From Priapulus caudatus (Eukaryota): a stretch of 46,775 nt of DNA. The notes under the pieces are model-generated. The model was not told the origin of the DNA. It did no database searches and worked only from the letters and a program-made list of their open reading frames with translations. Of the stretch, positions 1-11,562 are shown piece by piece. The stretch covers positions 163,962 to 210,736 of the forward strand of contig NW_014577063.1 in NCBI RefSeq assembly GCF_000485595.1, written 5' to 3'. A program made the position numbers and the translations under genes. Every line of letters begins with the position of its first letter. The stretch's first letter is position 1.

Positions 1-408
1 AGAAATCGCGATATCTTAAAATGCTATTCTGGGGAAAATGAAATATAAATGCCGCCCACCAGATATAAAATTAACTTCTATAGACGCGAAAAGTAAATAT
101 GACTGATAGAGAGTAGAGCAGATCGACACGTGTATAATTATGTTACACACATGGTTATACGCGGGAACATACTAAGTTATCAACAATTTTCGACAAAGAT
201 AGACATTATGTATACAATAAGAAGATTTGAATGTTTTAATGGAATCCATGGTATCTTTAGCAAAATTATTATATAATAAAAAATATATATATAATATTAA
301 AACCTTACTACACTAACAATACTTATTACTTTTACTTACGAATATATAAAATTTGATAGTTAATGTGAATTATATACACACAGTACATACGATGAGGTTA
401 CATAACAT

Positions 409-487
409 CAGGAGTTAATAATGACAGAATTTGTCATTATTAACTCCTGATAACATGATCAGGAGTGAATATTATTATTCACTCCTG
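409..487. mobile_element. Two adjacent tiny CAGGAG...CTCCTG palindromes (409-449 and 460-487), P-superfamily-like remnants
   Basis: Perfect inverted arms. The first is flanked by a 7-bp duplication ATAACAT (402-408 and 450-456). Confidence 0.65.
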
Positions 488-689
488 ATATGTAGGCCCC
501 TATGATCAAGATATATAGAGAGCACTACAAATGCACGATAATTCACAGACAACAGACACAATAGTTATAGGAATACAATCGCCTTATATTACTTTGCATG
601 TCTCATAGGCTATAATAACTGGTATAATCGTTGGTTAAAAGCTTCAGAAAAATTACATTTATGATGTAAGAACCTTTATAGACGTCTTT

Positions 690-900
690 ATACGCCACAC
701 TACGCCACCCAATCATCAAAGCCGCCGCAGTGACACATTCTAACCACCCCCTAATTTCGTAATGGTTTCGCCCACTTGTTGCTCTCGCAGGATTACGGCG
801 TGGCTGAACGGCGCGCAAGTCAGTGTTGCGTGTGATACTGGGCGTGCAAGTAGAAGCATCTGAATATACACGCGTCCCAAGTGGCAGGTGTAGTCGCACG
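690..900 (+). promoter_or_regulatory. Candidate proximal promoter/5' UTR of the QKI gene
   Basis: Locally CpG-rich stretch after very AT-rich DNA, immediately upstream of the ATG. CCAAT near 708 and Inr-like TCAGT near 820. Confidence 0.3.
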
Positions 901-967
901 TTGCCGTGTAATATATAGGCTAAAACTATTTTGAATTGCTCATGTACAAGTAGGAATCTCCACCAGA

Positions 968-1112
968 ATGAGTGGAAGTTCGAGTCCGAATGTCGCCATG
1001 GCTGCTCACCATGTCAATAGTGCAGATTATTTGGCTCAGCTCTTGAAAGACAGGAAGCAGATAGCTGCGTTTCCAGCTGTTTTCATACACCTTGAACGAC
1101 TCTTGGACGAAG
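968..1112 (+). CDS. QKI: Quaking/How STAR protein, coding exon 1 (QUA1 dimerisation domain)
   Basis: MSGSSSPNVAMAAHHVNSADYLAQLLKDRKQIAAFPAVFIHLERLLDE matches the QUA1 motif DYLAQLLKD..LERLLDEE of How/QKI. In-frame TGA upstream at 932-934. Donor G|GTAGGC at 1112/1113, phase 1. Confidence 0.95.
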
Positions 1113-1407
1113 GTAGGCACTGTATTGCTGTATGGCTTTTCGGATTTTCGGTTCTCTATTATGTGCTCTTGATACAATGTCATTCTTGTACACGTCGGCG
1201 TGCAGCCGTAGAGTAGAATAAATAGAATAAAATAGCGTAGCATAGCATATGATATCATATAGCATAGAGTAGCTCTAGTACTATAGCCCGCGTACAGTTG
1301 CCGCATACTACTGTACTAGAGCTAAAGCATAGACATGATAGTATAACATATCATTCTCTGGAATCGTCTTTCAATAATGTACTGATAGTGATAGTATAGC
1401 TGATAGT

Positions 1408-1581
1408 TCAAGGATAGAGATGATGTCCAGTACGGTGATTGGATAGGATGATGTTAGTTGATAAGATAGGACTGGACATCTTATCTATCCCTGAAAAAGG
1501 ATAGAGATGATGTCCAGTACGGTGATTGGATAGGATGATGTTAGTTGATAAGATAGGACTGGACATCTTCTCTATTCCTGA
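1408..1581. repeat. Tandem duplication of an 87-bp unit that is itself bounded by inverted repeats
   Basis: aggatagagatgatgtccagt...actggacatctt(a/c)tctat occurs at 1411 and again at 1498. Confidence 0.85.
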
Positions 1582-1586
1582 GCCAT

Positions 1587-1938
1587 AGGGTCTATGTCTC
1601 CCTGGGTACGGGTGTGAATAAAACCCGGACCCGGAAAACCTGCATATATAACCGGACTGGAGTAGAGTGGGTTAGGGTCTGGGTTAGGGTCCAGGTTTTA
1701 TGCAGGTTTTCCGGGTCCGGGTCAGGGTTTTATAAACACACTCCCGGGGTACTGCCGGAACGTACCCTGGGTGCTGTCCGGTATACCGGAACGTACCCTG
1801 GTAACTATCTGATATGGTTAGGGTTTGGGAGTAGGCGTAGGCGTAGGCGAGGTACGGTCACGGTCCGGCATATTAGATACATAGTTCCAAGAGAGTACCA
1901 GGGTACGTTCCGGCAGTACCCAGGGAGACATAGACCCT
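1587..1938. mobile_element. MITE with a nested second MITE in its left TIR
   Basis: TIRs agggtctatgtctccctgggtac / gtacccagggagacatagaccct. The left arm resumes (tgccggaacgtaccctgg) after the nested insert. Confidence 0.85.
1610..1743. mobile_element. Nested palindromic MITE, MULE-like by TSD length
   Basis: Long inverted arms (acccggacccggaaaacctgcata / tatgcaggttttccgggtccgggt). Flanking 9-mers cctgggtac (1601-1609) and ccggggtac (1744-1752). Confidence 0.7.
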
Positions 1939-3089
1939 GACAGCGATAGTACCGGTATACCATTTTAAAATTGGTTCTAAGGTGCTTGGGCTAGCCTAAT
2001 GGATTGGTGCCCTGTTAACACGCTAGCCTGACCGAGCTACAATTCGGTACAGTAACAGCAGGTTATACTAAGTAAAGACCTGTATAGTTATATAAATACC
2101 ACAATAACAACTGAAGATAGTAAACACTTAGTTGAATGTAATAAACGTGTGAAATTGGTATAATACGGTACTATGTGTAATCCGTGCAAAAGGCCAAGAG
2201 GTAGCATGTAAATGCTTGTAATGCATGTGATAAACTGAATTAATTAATTAATACACGTGTGTAAATCCCTAGACCGACAGTGTCACTGCTAAATTTGGCC
2301 AATGCTTACACGATATCACTGGTATGGTTGAAACGAAGTCACATACATATATGTAGGCTAATTAATACACTGTGATGACGGTGTGATGATACACATACAT
2401 GTATCATTTAGTCTCCAGGACTAATACATAACCAGACCTGACCTGCTAAACAGAATACGGAATTGCATGTGTTACCATGCAAACAGTTAACATTTTGATC
2501 TTGTGCAGGAATCGTATTGACAGTTTGAAACCTACTCTTCTTACTCTTCTAACCTAGCTTCTGGCATTTTTATTAAATTTTACGTCCCTAAAAATAAGCC
2601 AAGTTCACCTCGTTTAATTCCTATAGTGCATTCCTAACCGTATATAGACCGGATCACAATAAATCGAACGTCAGTTTCTTAACAGGTTTCGTACAGTTTG
2701 TTATAACTTATACCTGCTAAATTCATTCACGCATCTCTCTTTCAACATGTGTACCTGTTCTGCTTATACGCCAAAGATGTATGCTACGGACAGTGAAAGG
2801 GCTGTTTGTTTGACTGGCACAATGTAGCTCCACTGCTAGGCTGCTACCGACCTCTTCTTGATCCTCTTATATGCACGAATGCCATGTTTGTGAGCGTACA
2901 GATCTACGGCACAGTAAAATGTGGGCGGTCCTAGAGTGCGCACACTGCAATTATAGTCCCTGTCTTGCACCTGACCTAAAAGCATTCTATATCAATTGTA
3001 TAGCAAGTATGTCACTCAGCATGGCCTGTCACCGTTACAGTGGGAATCGACTCGAGTGAGTGAGTCTTCGTTAGAAGTGAGAACCAGAC

Positions 3090-3282
3090 CAGGGGCGTAG
3101 CCAGGGGTGATTCCAGGCATTCTGGAATCCCCCCTGGTTTGTATCAAAATAGCACATATCTGATACAGTATGTATATAAAAGCATGAAACGAAAATTTTA
3201 ACTAAGTTTTATTAATAGTATTATATATATATAGTAGGTTTGGAATCCCCCTCTTGGAAAGGCTGGCTACGCTACGCCCCTG
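3090..3282. mobile_element. MITE, hAT-like termini
   Basis: CAGGGGCGTAGCCAG at the left, ctggctac(gctac)gcccctg at the right, and internal repeated tggaatccccc. No clear TSD. Confidence 0.7.
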
Positions 3283-3944
3283 ACTATCCAGGAATATAAT
3301 CAATCCATGTGGCACGCACCCGAGGTGATAAATTTTAATTCGTTTCAGTGACTTTCACTTGGTTAATAAAAGTGCAGTAGTTGCAGGACTGCCAGTGCTA
3401 AGCTTATACTAGCTGCTCATCAAGTAGATTTGTTTTATGTATAAAAAGAGACTGTTCGTGGGACAATTTCTAGCTGGTGAGAAGTAAGCAGGAGTAAAAA
3501 ACTCACAAAAAACACTGCTAAATTAATCAAAAGACTTTCACAGCTTAGTCGCTGGCTTTTAATTTATTTATAGTACTTTCCATGTACACATACAAGACAA
3601 CAACCCAAAGTCGAACAGCACGTTCATGAGTTTTCATAGTTCCCCGATACAAGTTTCGTTTTGTAGCAGTGATATGTGGTAATTACAGAGATCTCAAGGA
3701 AAATACATTAAAATAAACATTCAAACCTGTACTTATTTCAATACTGAAAATCCTCTGACGCTTATAAAAAAGTATACATTATGATTTCATAAGCTCGTAA
3801 CTAGTTCCAGCAAAACCACCTTAGTTACATGAACGTAATTAAATTATAGCAAAACAGGGTATAGCATTAGCATCACCGTAGCTGGCGTGAATACAAGTAA
3901 TTTTGTTTTTATGCACTCCTGACTATAGTAATAGAAAATACCCC

Positions 3945-5525
3945 TTTTTAGCTCATCTGACATAGTCAGATGCAGCTTGTAGAATCGCATGATCGTCCGT
4001 CCGTCCGGTCCGTCCGTGCGTGCGTCAACAGTTGGGCACAAGAATCTTAACCAGCTCGACGTACACGTCTCACGAATTCCGCGGATGTGGGGGGGGGATC
4101 GTTGAAAAGGACTCGGGATGATCAAATTTGGGGGGTCAAGGTCAAATGGTGTAAAGAAGGCGCGAACATTTCCTTCCTTAAACTTAAGCGGCCTATAGCG
4201 GAGAAATGCCAGAATGTGCGCGACCATACACTCTAACTACGTGACTCGACCTAGCGTCGTGATGAGCTTCGGTGTATAGGCATCATGGTAGGAAAAGGCC
4301 ATCACTGCTGCCGAAATTGACCCGGAGTCGCAGAAAGTCAAAGGTCAAATGGTGGCACAGGGCAGATTGTTAACGACATTTCTCGAGGACATGGTGTTGA
4401 CGGAGCGATTGAAAAACTTGGGTTTTGTTTCAGTGGTGGACCTATCCAGTTTTATGGCTTTATTGAAAGGACAATGAAAAGTGCTTTCACTGACGGCGAA
4501 GAGTAGTGTTCTGATAACCCTGTTGACCCTCAAAGGAGCGGTTAAACATGGATTTGTTATGTTAGAAAGATTTGACTGCCGGTTTGTAGCTAGAATCCTA
4601 TACCATGGCCTGGAACTGTATTGAGGTACCAAGGTCACAGTGAAATTTCAAAAGCGTTATTTGCTTGAGAAGGCGTTTGCTGCTCCTAAATCGTATAATT
4701 TCTATGGCATTCTGTACTGGCAGTTGTGCTTTACATGTAACTCTACTCTATCGCCCACTGGCCAGCTGCGCCTGCAGTGCTAGTGCGGTCGGTGGGATAC
4801 GTATGGTGTAGTTTTGCCGCGTTAATTAGTTACAGGTGGCCAGCTTTCGAATTTCAGCCTGTAGGCTTGCCGTAGGTAAATGGCATGAAGGGCTTACCTA
4901 TTCTGTCTTGCAAAAATTAGTTGTTGCTATACGACGTACGATGGAAGCTGTCCAGGCTTCCATCTTTATTCCTAAGAACATTCAAACGTACGCGCCATCT
5001 CGTCGCACTTTCATAACGATCCCAACGAAAATGTTTTCGGGAAGGTGCCTGGATACCATCCCAAGTGTTTCGAACATAAGTGGCTATCCGATTTGTCCGT
5101 ACTTGCCATTTCCACGGCAGCGACAAGTAATCTGTCAGGAGCTTTTTCGAGCAATTTTTCATAATTTTATACCATTCGCTCCGCCGCTGCTGGGAAACCT
5201 GAGTAACAAGTATAAACTGGTCGCTGCGCGGACAGAGTGCCACCCGAATTAACAATAATAGTATAAACATTTAATGTGAATATATATAAAACTTTACCGC
5301 CTTGCTAGCTCCACGAAACGCGTTCTTGCCTCAGGGTTAGAAGACCATCAGGACAATCGGCCTCTGATAGACAATCAGACATCGGTATAGGACAATCCAG
5401 TCGTACAGCTCGTCCGGCCAGCGCCTAACCTCACTCGAGAAGAGATGAGAAATGAGAGAGAGAGTAGAGAGAGAAGAGAGACGAGAGGAGAGACGGAGAG
5501 AGAGAGAACGAGAGAGGGAGACGAG

Positions 5526-5568
<43 letters not shown>

Positions 5569-5823
5569 GAGAGAGAGTGAGTGAGAGAGAGAGAGAAAGA
5601 GAGTGTGATCGAGCGAGAGAGAGAGCGAGAGTGTGATCGAGCGAGAGAGAGAGAGAGCGCGAAGGGAAGAGAGAGTAAGAGCGAGAGAGCGAAAGAGAAA
5701 GAATGAGAGACAACGAGGGAGAGCGAACGCGGCGATGGGAGGGTGCTCCTGATTCGTTTGCCCCCGAGTTTAGCATCAGAACACCTGCCGTCAGGTGAGC
5801 GGCGTCGCTCTGCGGCACTTGTT
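3945..5823 (+). mobile_element. Helentron-associated non-autonomous element (HINE/DINE-1-like), copy 1
   Basis: T-run then sub-terminal IR gctcatctgac with a local hairpin, followed by (GTCC)n and ggtcaaaggtca motifs. The 3' end has the matching gtcaggtgagc, a short hairpin and cttgtt. A diverged inverted copy lies at 41793-43918. Confidence 0.8.
5438..5710. repeat. (GA)n-rich microsatellite inside HINE copy 1
   Basis: Direct reading. Confidence 0.95.
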
Positions 5824-7777
5824 ATAGGAATACGAGGCCATATGTGAGAATGCCTTCGTAGTACAAAATTTCACAGTACAGTCGTATTCTTATACAAGAG
5901 CGTACTGTATATATTAGCTCCACACTCTCCAACCCAGTTGTTTGTTAATTTTGTATAGGATGCCATGGGAGTCCGGTTTGCTTTTTAAGTTACAAAAACT
6001 CTGAACTAAGCTCCATCTAAACTAGGAAATGTCCATAAATGTCAAATTGTGAAGCAATGCCAGTAGTCGTGGGCACTTTTTATATATCACGCCTAACCTC
6101 AGCACACAATTGATTGGTTTTAACTGTAATAGGTTAGGCTTCCAAGCCATCGCGCCTTCCATGGTGAACTGGTGAGTTGTTGATGGCTACATATTATATT
6201 CGTTCGTACAGTGTGACATAAGTCACTTGTTTCTAAAACCGAGTTCAAATTGACACTAAACCTCAAAATAAAAACACTTGCAACATGTTAACATTCATAT
6301 AAACATCATTTATATTTTAGTTACAATGTATTATAACTATGTATTATATATGTTAGTACAATGTGTTACTATTTAGTTAATATGTGTTTGTACTATCTAT
6401 TGTATTCTTACTATATTTTGTTATTCAGTGCCCGTGGCTCAGTGACTGCATTCATGTTATTTTCTAGATCAGCATGCTTGATAACGAGTAACCAGTTTTA
6501 TGTTTATCTAACAGTCGTCAGGGTTTAGCTGAACCAAAGTAAGGTTATTACTGAGTTTGCAGGACTGATATATAATCATTAATAATAATTTATCTTTGTC
6601 AAAAACGGACAGTACGCGGTAGTCTACCGGATTAGTTGTCATTTATACTAATCCGTGTGTAAATCGAACTGTTTGTTTGCTAACGGAATAGCTGCCATTA
6701 TTTTGAACTTTGATACGGACTGAAACCAAGAAGGCTGCTAACGAATTTAATGAGAACCGATTGTTGGCTACTGTATTTCTTGGGAAATTTCATCTGAAAC
6801 GGGAAGCAAGCTAGTGTATTAGTTGATTGAGTTTATTATCCAACAGCAAGATGAATAATAACACAGTTTTATGCAGTATTTCACAACTGAAATTCATTAT
6901 TAACCATACATTGCGGTTTACTTTGTCAGCCATATCTAGTATATTATAGGCTTGAATTTAAATTTCTCTGCGTGATAGCGGAAATTGGCCAGTACAGTAA
7001 AGAGGCTTCTACCAAAAATGTTGAACAGCCGAAAATTTGAAATTGAATGAAATTTGTGCAATGTGGTAGGGTGAGAAGACTACATATCAGCAAGAGTGCA
7101 TAATAGAGATCTCTATTATGCACTCTTGATATCAGACATGTAGTATTTCCCAGAGCTTTGATCATCCATAACATGTGGCACAACACCCCACTCAAGTCTG
7201 CCGACATATCACGGCGAACCACGCTGCGAAATTCTGCTATATAAAGCTTTGTTGCTTCCCATGTAATGGCCTGTTTCTATTACATTATTCCACAAAGAGA
7301 GAGATTGCTTAGAGTGCATTCCCCACATTTCCCAGCGAGCTTCTTAATTTGCCTAGGGTAAACTTGATAACAAGCCTGGCGATCAAAAGCACTCTCCGTC
7401 GTAAGCTTTGTCTAAGAAAAACCATCCGACAACATTCGTGCGTGGAGGCTGGTTGACATGCGCGCATGAACGAGACCTGCTATCATCTGGTCATCACATG
7501 TTCGCGCGCCTGTCTGTATATATAGCGGCGGCAGCGTCACACCGCTGCCCAGCCTCTCCGTCGTCTGCGCGCTGCATGACATCATCACCTCGAACTATAA
7601 TAGTGCTTCCTATATGAGAGAGCACGCGGAGCTAGCCCCTGCCGGGTGTAAAATTACGACATGCGCTGAAAGACTGGCGCTGTTTACACGTGTATACAAA
7701 CACTGTCGTGGCGCGGATTTCCTAATAATTATCTTTGCACCCATCGATCACACTATATTTAGACGATCCGTGTCGAT

Positions 7778-7815
<38 letters not shown>

Positions 7816-8384
7816 TATCTTTAGTAAAATCAGATTAACTTTCTCATTTCCCTTGATTTGTCAGGGGATAAAATCACGAGGACATTTTGTATTTACAGAA
7901 ATTTGACTGTTTTTCACAAAGAACCATATTGTTTTAGTAGAATGCTTAATTTGTAATTAGGTGGGGGGCAGTCTGACGTAGTATTATGACGGCCAATGAA
8001 ACTTAGTTATTAGTATAAGAATCTAAATAAATTTTTGGCGAGTGTATATAACCAGAAGAGATGAGGTATGCGAGTTATCTTGATATGCACGGCCAATGTC
8101 AGTAATTTGCATGTCTATTTACCGGCGACCTCTTGCCACCACTGTACATGCCACCGTATTTAGACAAGCGTGAAACCGAGAAGGAATCCTCGCTAATGAA
8201 GCCAGTTGAGTCGAGTCGCGCATAACCTGATTGCTTTTATAAATGAGCGGCGCGGCGCAATGTTTACGGGAGACTTTTGGCTGCCGTAATGCTGCTGCGT
8301 TAATTCTCACGCTATGTTTATAAACACGGCGAAGCGCCGCATGTTGCCGCCATCGTACTTCGTTGGTGTCAGAAGAGGTGTTGT

Positions 8385-8612
8385 TGGAGGAGGTGATGGT
8401 GGCGGAGGAGGAGGACGAGGAGGAAGAGGTGGAGGAGGTGGAGGAGGGGGAGGAGGGAAAGGAGAAGGACGAGGGCAAAATGTCGGAGGAGGAGGAGGAT
8501 GATGAAAAGGCTGTGATGGAAGAAAAGGAGGAGTAGGAAGAAGAAGAAGAAGAAGAAGAAGAAGAAGAGGAGGAGGAAGAGGAGGAGGAGGAGGAGGAGG
8601 AGGAGGAGGAGA
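8385..8612. repeat. (GAG)n/(GAA)n low-complexity tract
   Basis: Direct reading; explains the poly-S, poly-P and poly-G ORFs. Confidence 0.95.
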
Positions 8613-9564
8613 AAGTGTAGGCGCCGGAGGTGACGGATGGGGAGGAGGGCATCGTCGCTGTTCGGTTTTTCTGCGGTCGGACGCTTGTGGCGTTTTGTAC
8701 CGCGTAGAGGTTTTCACACTTTTGCGACGATCCACTCATCTCTGTGTAGTATGTTATTGCTGACTCGCAGTGTGTGTCAGGGGCACGAGACCATCAATAC
8801 CGTAGTAACAGCGGGCTAACCCATCACATCAGCCTACCCCATCGCATCCCGCAGCCTCTGGGATGAGTATTGGCGGCTGTGTTTTGTAATGGGACGCTGG
8901 CACTGGTAATTGGAACCAGTTTTTACGCGCGTCTGTGAAGTGTTACGGTCCGCGGCGAAGGATTCGAGTTCCATAAACTCGGCGGTGATTCTCGTTGCTT
9001 ACTGACAAGGGAAGGGTATTGCGTGGAAGTACGTGGAATGCGTGTACAGTGTACTTGGTAGCTTTCGGGATTATACAGTATAGGGCGTTTGAATAGAAAT
9101 CTCCTATTCCTAATTTACTGTTTGTGAACAAATGTCAAATACGTGTTCGGTGTAGGACTGAAATAGGTGACTGTTAGACATTCTATTACATTTATAGTGA
9201 TCGATGTTTCGACTGTATTCTGCAAGACACGTGCAAATAAACACCAGGCTAGTCAGATAACAAACGTTCAAAATATTCGTAGGGGTAATATAATGCATCT
9301 ATGTATAATAAAAAAATTTATCAATATATGTGTAAGGTTATGATGTATAATAACAAAGATGGGCCATTTAATCAAATATTTTTATAATACTAATTCCCAT
9401 TAATCTATAGGTTCTTGCAATTACCAAATGTAGTGCAAATATATTTAGTCAACACTTTAGAGCGTCAGGCAGTCGCGATGTTTGAAGGGTAGGGCGAAAA
9501 TGTTGGTCACATTTTCAGAATTATGGTTTACATTTTGAAAGTACAAGTTTGGGTTAACAGGTAA

Positions 9565-9671
9565 TAGCTCTAGAACTATAGCCCTTCGTTCAGCCACAGG
9601 CTAGAGTAGCTCTAGGACTATAGCCCGCGTACAGTTGCGGCAACTGTACGCGGGCTATAGTCCTAGAGCTA
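9565..9671. mobile_element. TAGCTCTAG-terminated palindromic micro-element (partial copy plus a perfect 65-bp hairpin at 9607-9671)
   Basis: 31-bp perfect arms with a 3-nt loop. The whole unit is flanked by an 8-bp duplication ACAGGTAA (9557-9564 and 9672-9679). Relatives at 1270-1324, 24941-25022 and 36252-36323. Confidence 0.8.
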
Positions 9672-10819
9672 ACAGGTAAAGTGACCGTAGCCAGCACGCA
9701 TGTGTGCCGGTGTTACTGTACCCGTGTTTGGCTCGAAATACGATAGCTGATACTGATAGCCGCCTTGGGAGCCTGCGGCTAAATGAAAAACACACCAGAC
9801 GCCCGCTGCATTCCTCTCACCGCGGCGCGAGAAACAGACGACAAGTGACTAATGAGCTGCAGATCTCTGCTGCAGGCTCTGAGAGCATGTAGACTAGGTT
9901 AGCCTGGACCCTAGGTTAGCCTAGAGTTCCCCCATATACAAGCATCGTAGGTTATAGCCTGGTAGTGTTGACCAATGCTAGGTGTCCTGTTATATGTTCA
10001 TGAGTCCATGAAGAGAGAGAGAGAGAGCGTGTGTGTGTGTGTGTGTCTTCATGGAGTCCAAATGTAGTTCCTACCCGTCCAGACCCGCGCATGGAACGTG
10101 TGGACTACAGGCGCTGGGACGGTTTCAATAATAAAATGAGAGTAAATAAAAACTATTTGTCTTTCTTGTCGCTCTATCTTTCTGAGAATTTGTGCCCAGT
10201 GGCTTGCGTGCTGTGAGACTGTGTAGTACAGGGGAGCATTTGAACAGCATTTACGTAGAATCATTAGTCGATAGAGGATAGCTAAACACTTTGGTAGTAA
10301 GTACAATTTATGTTAATCTACAATAATTTTATGATTGAAACGGTCCAAGTTCATGTGGTGCGAAGTTGCGAACGTATTCGAATAAAACGATGCTCGCGGG
10401 TCGAGTCAGTTGATACGAAAAGGGCACGTATGCTACGGGGATTGGTTCACTGCGGTGCAATGCATGCCGACGCCTCGGTTTCTTGTTTGAAGTTGCAATG
10501 TGAGTGGCAGACAGGCTGGTCGCGTGCGAAGTGGGTGTGTTGGTTATCAAGCAGGCTCAGCACATGCTGATCAAACCCATCTACTACACCAGCAGGGCAA
10601 CAGTCCTCTTCTTCCCAAGGGTGGTGGTGGGGGGATTAAAGGGCCAACACATACTGACACACTAGCTCGAGTAATTCCTGGTTCGTGGAGAGTATATAGC
10701 CGAGGCGCGTGCCATTCCTGATTCCTACCAATATAATATGTTTTCACTCACTCACTCAGCAAAGAATTATGTATTATTTCTGCCGTACTGTACCCACGAG
10801 GCTGTATTAAAACCACGAT

Positions 10820-10881
10820 GCCTGAGCAGCGCGTAATTTGTATGAAATGTGCCTGAGCAGCGCGTAATTTGTATGAAATGT
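10820..10881. repeat. Perfect 31-bp tandem duplication
   Basis: gcctgagcagcgcgtaatttgtatgaaatgt twice. Confidence 0.9.
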
Positions 10882-11188
10882 CGCAGCTTATAAACGCTGT
10901 CGTAATCTTGGAACGTATGAAAACAGCCAATAATTATACCATCTATTATTTGCGTAGTCACGCGCCGCCGCGCATGGAGATGCGATCAGTTGTTTGCGAT
11001 ATCGCGGTTTATAAAAGTTTCTTCATCATTAGCTCCACCTGTGCAGCCATTGGTTCAGCATCCCATCACCCAGAGAAAGGGGCTGCATGGTTAGAGTAAC
11101 ATCTTGGTAACATCTATGTTGACCGTTCTGCGGAGAAGAATCGTTCTGGGTAGTAGTAGCCTATAATCATGGCCGTGTTGTGTTGCAG

Positions 11189-11322
11189 AGATAAACAAGG
11201 TTAGACTGAGTCTCTTCCACTTGAACGGAGTGAAGGATGAGCCGCTTAATCTACCCGAGGCCACGGGACCGGTGGTCACAGCCTCCGAGAAGGTCTACGT
11301 GCCTGTCAAGGAATTTCCTGAT
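11189..11322 (+). CDS. QKI: Quaking/How exon 2 (end of QUA1, start of KH)
   Basis: Acceptor tgttgcag|. Phase-1 join gives EINKVRLSLFHLNGVKDEPLNLPEATGPVVTASEKVYVPVKEFPD. Donor GTAAGC, phase 0. Confidence 0.96.
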
Positions 11323-11525
11323 GTAAGCCTGCAGTATGTGCGTGCATGCGTGCGTGTGTGTTCGTTGAGCGTGCGTGTGTGTTCGTTGAGCGTATGTGCT
11401 CGATGTGCGTACGAGTGTTGGATTGTACGCGTGCGCATGCGTGCGTATGGGTGTATACATGCTGGAAGGGAACTTGGAGGTTTCTGCAATAAATTGTAGC
11501 ATCAAAGTATTGTTTTATAAATTGT

Positions 11526-11562
<37 letters not shown>

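Noticed and set aside
1408..1581. CRISPR-like repeat-spacer appearance
   Set aside because: Only two units with identical interiors, eukaryotic context, no cas genes.
1669..1692. GGGTTAGGG telomere-like motifs
   Set aside because: Isolated units inside a MITE, not a telomeric array.
4345..5270. ORFs of 97-138 aa inside the HINE-like element as transposase or helicase remnants
   Set aside because: No Rep, helicase or DDE motifs recognisable, and the frames are not evidently kept in copy 2.
5375..5818. 147-aa SL-repeat ORF and the opposite ER-repeat ORF
   Set aside because: Translations of a (GA)n microsatellite inside a transposon.
6430..6540. GTGGCTCAGTG A-box-like motif suggesting a tRNA or SINE
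   Set aside because: No B-box or cloverleaf downstream.
8119..8739. 206-aa poly-Ser, 142-aa poly-Pro and poly-Gly ORFs; Glu-rich + frame
   Set aside because: Products of a GAG/GAA tract. The Glu frame has an internal TAG and no splice signals.
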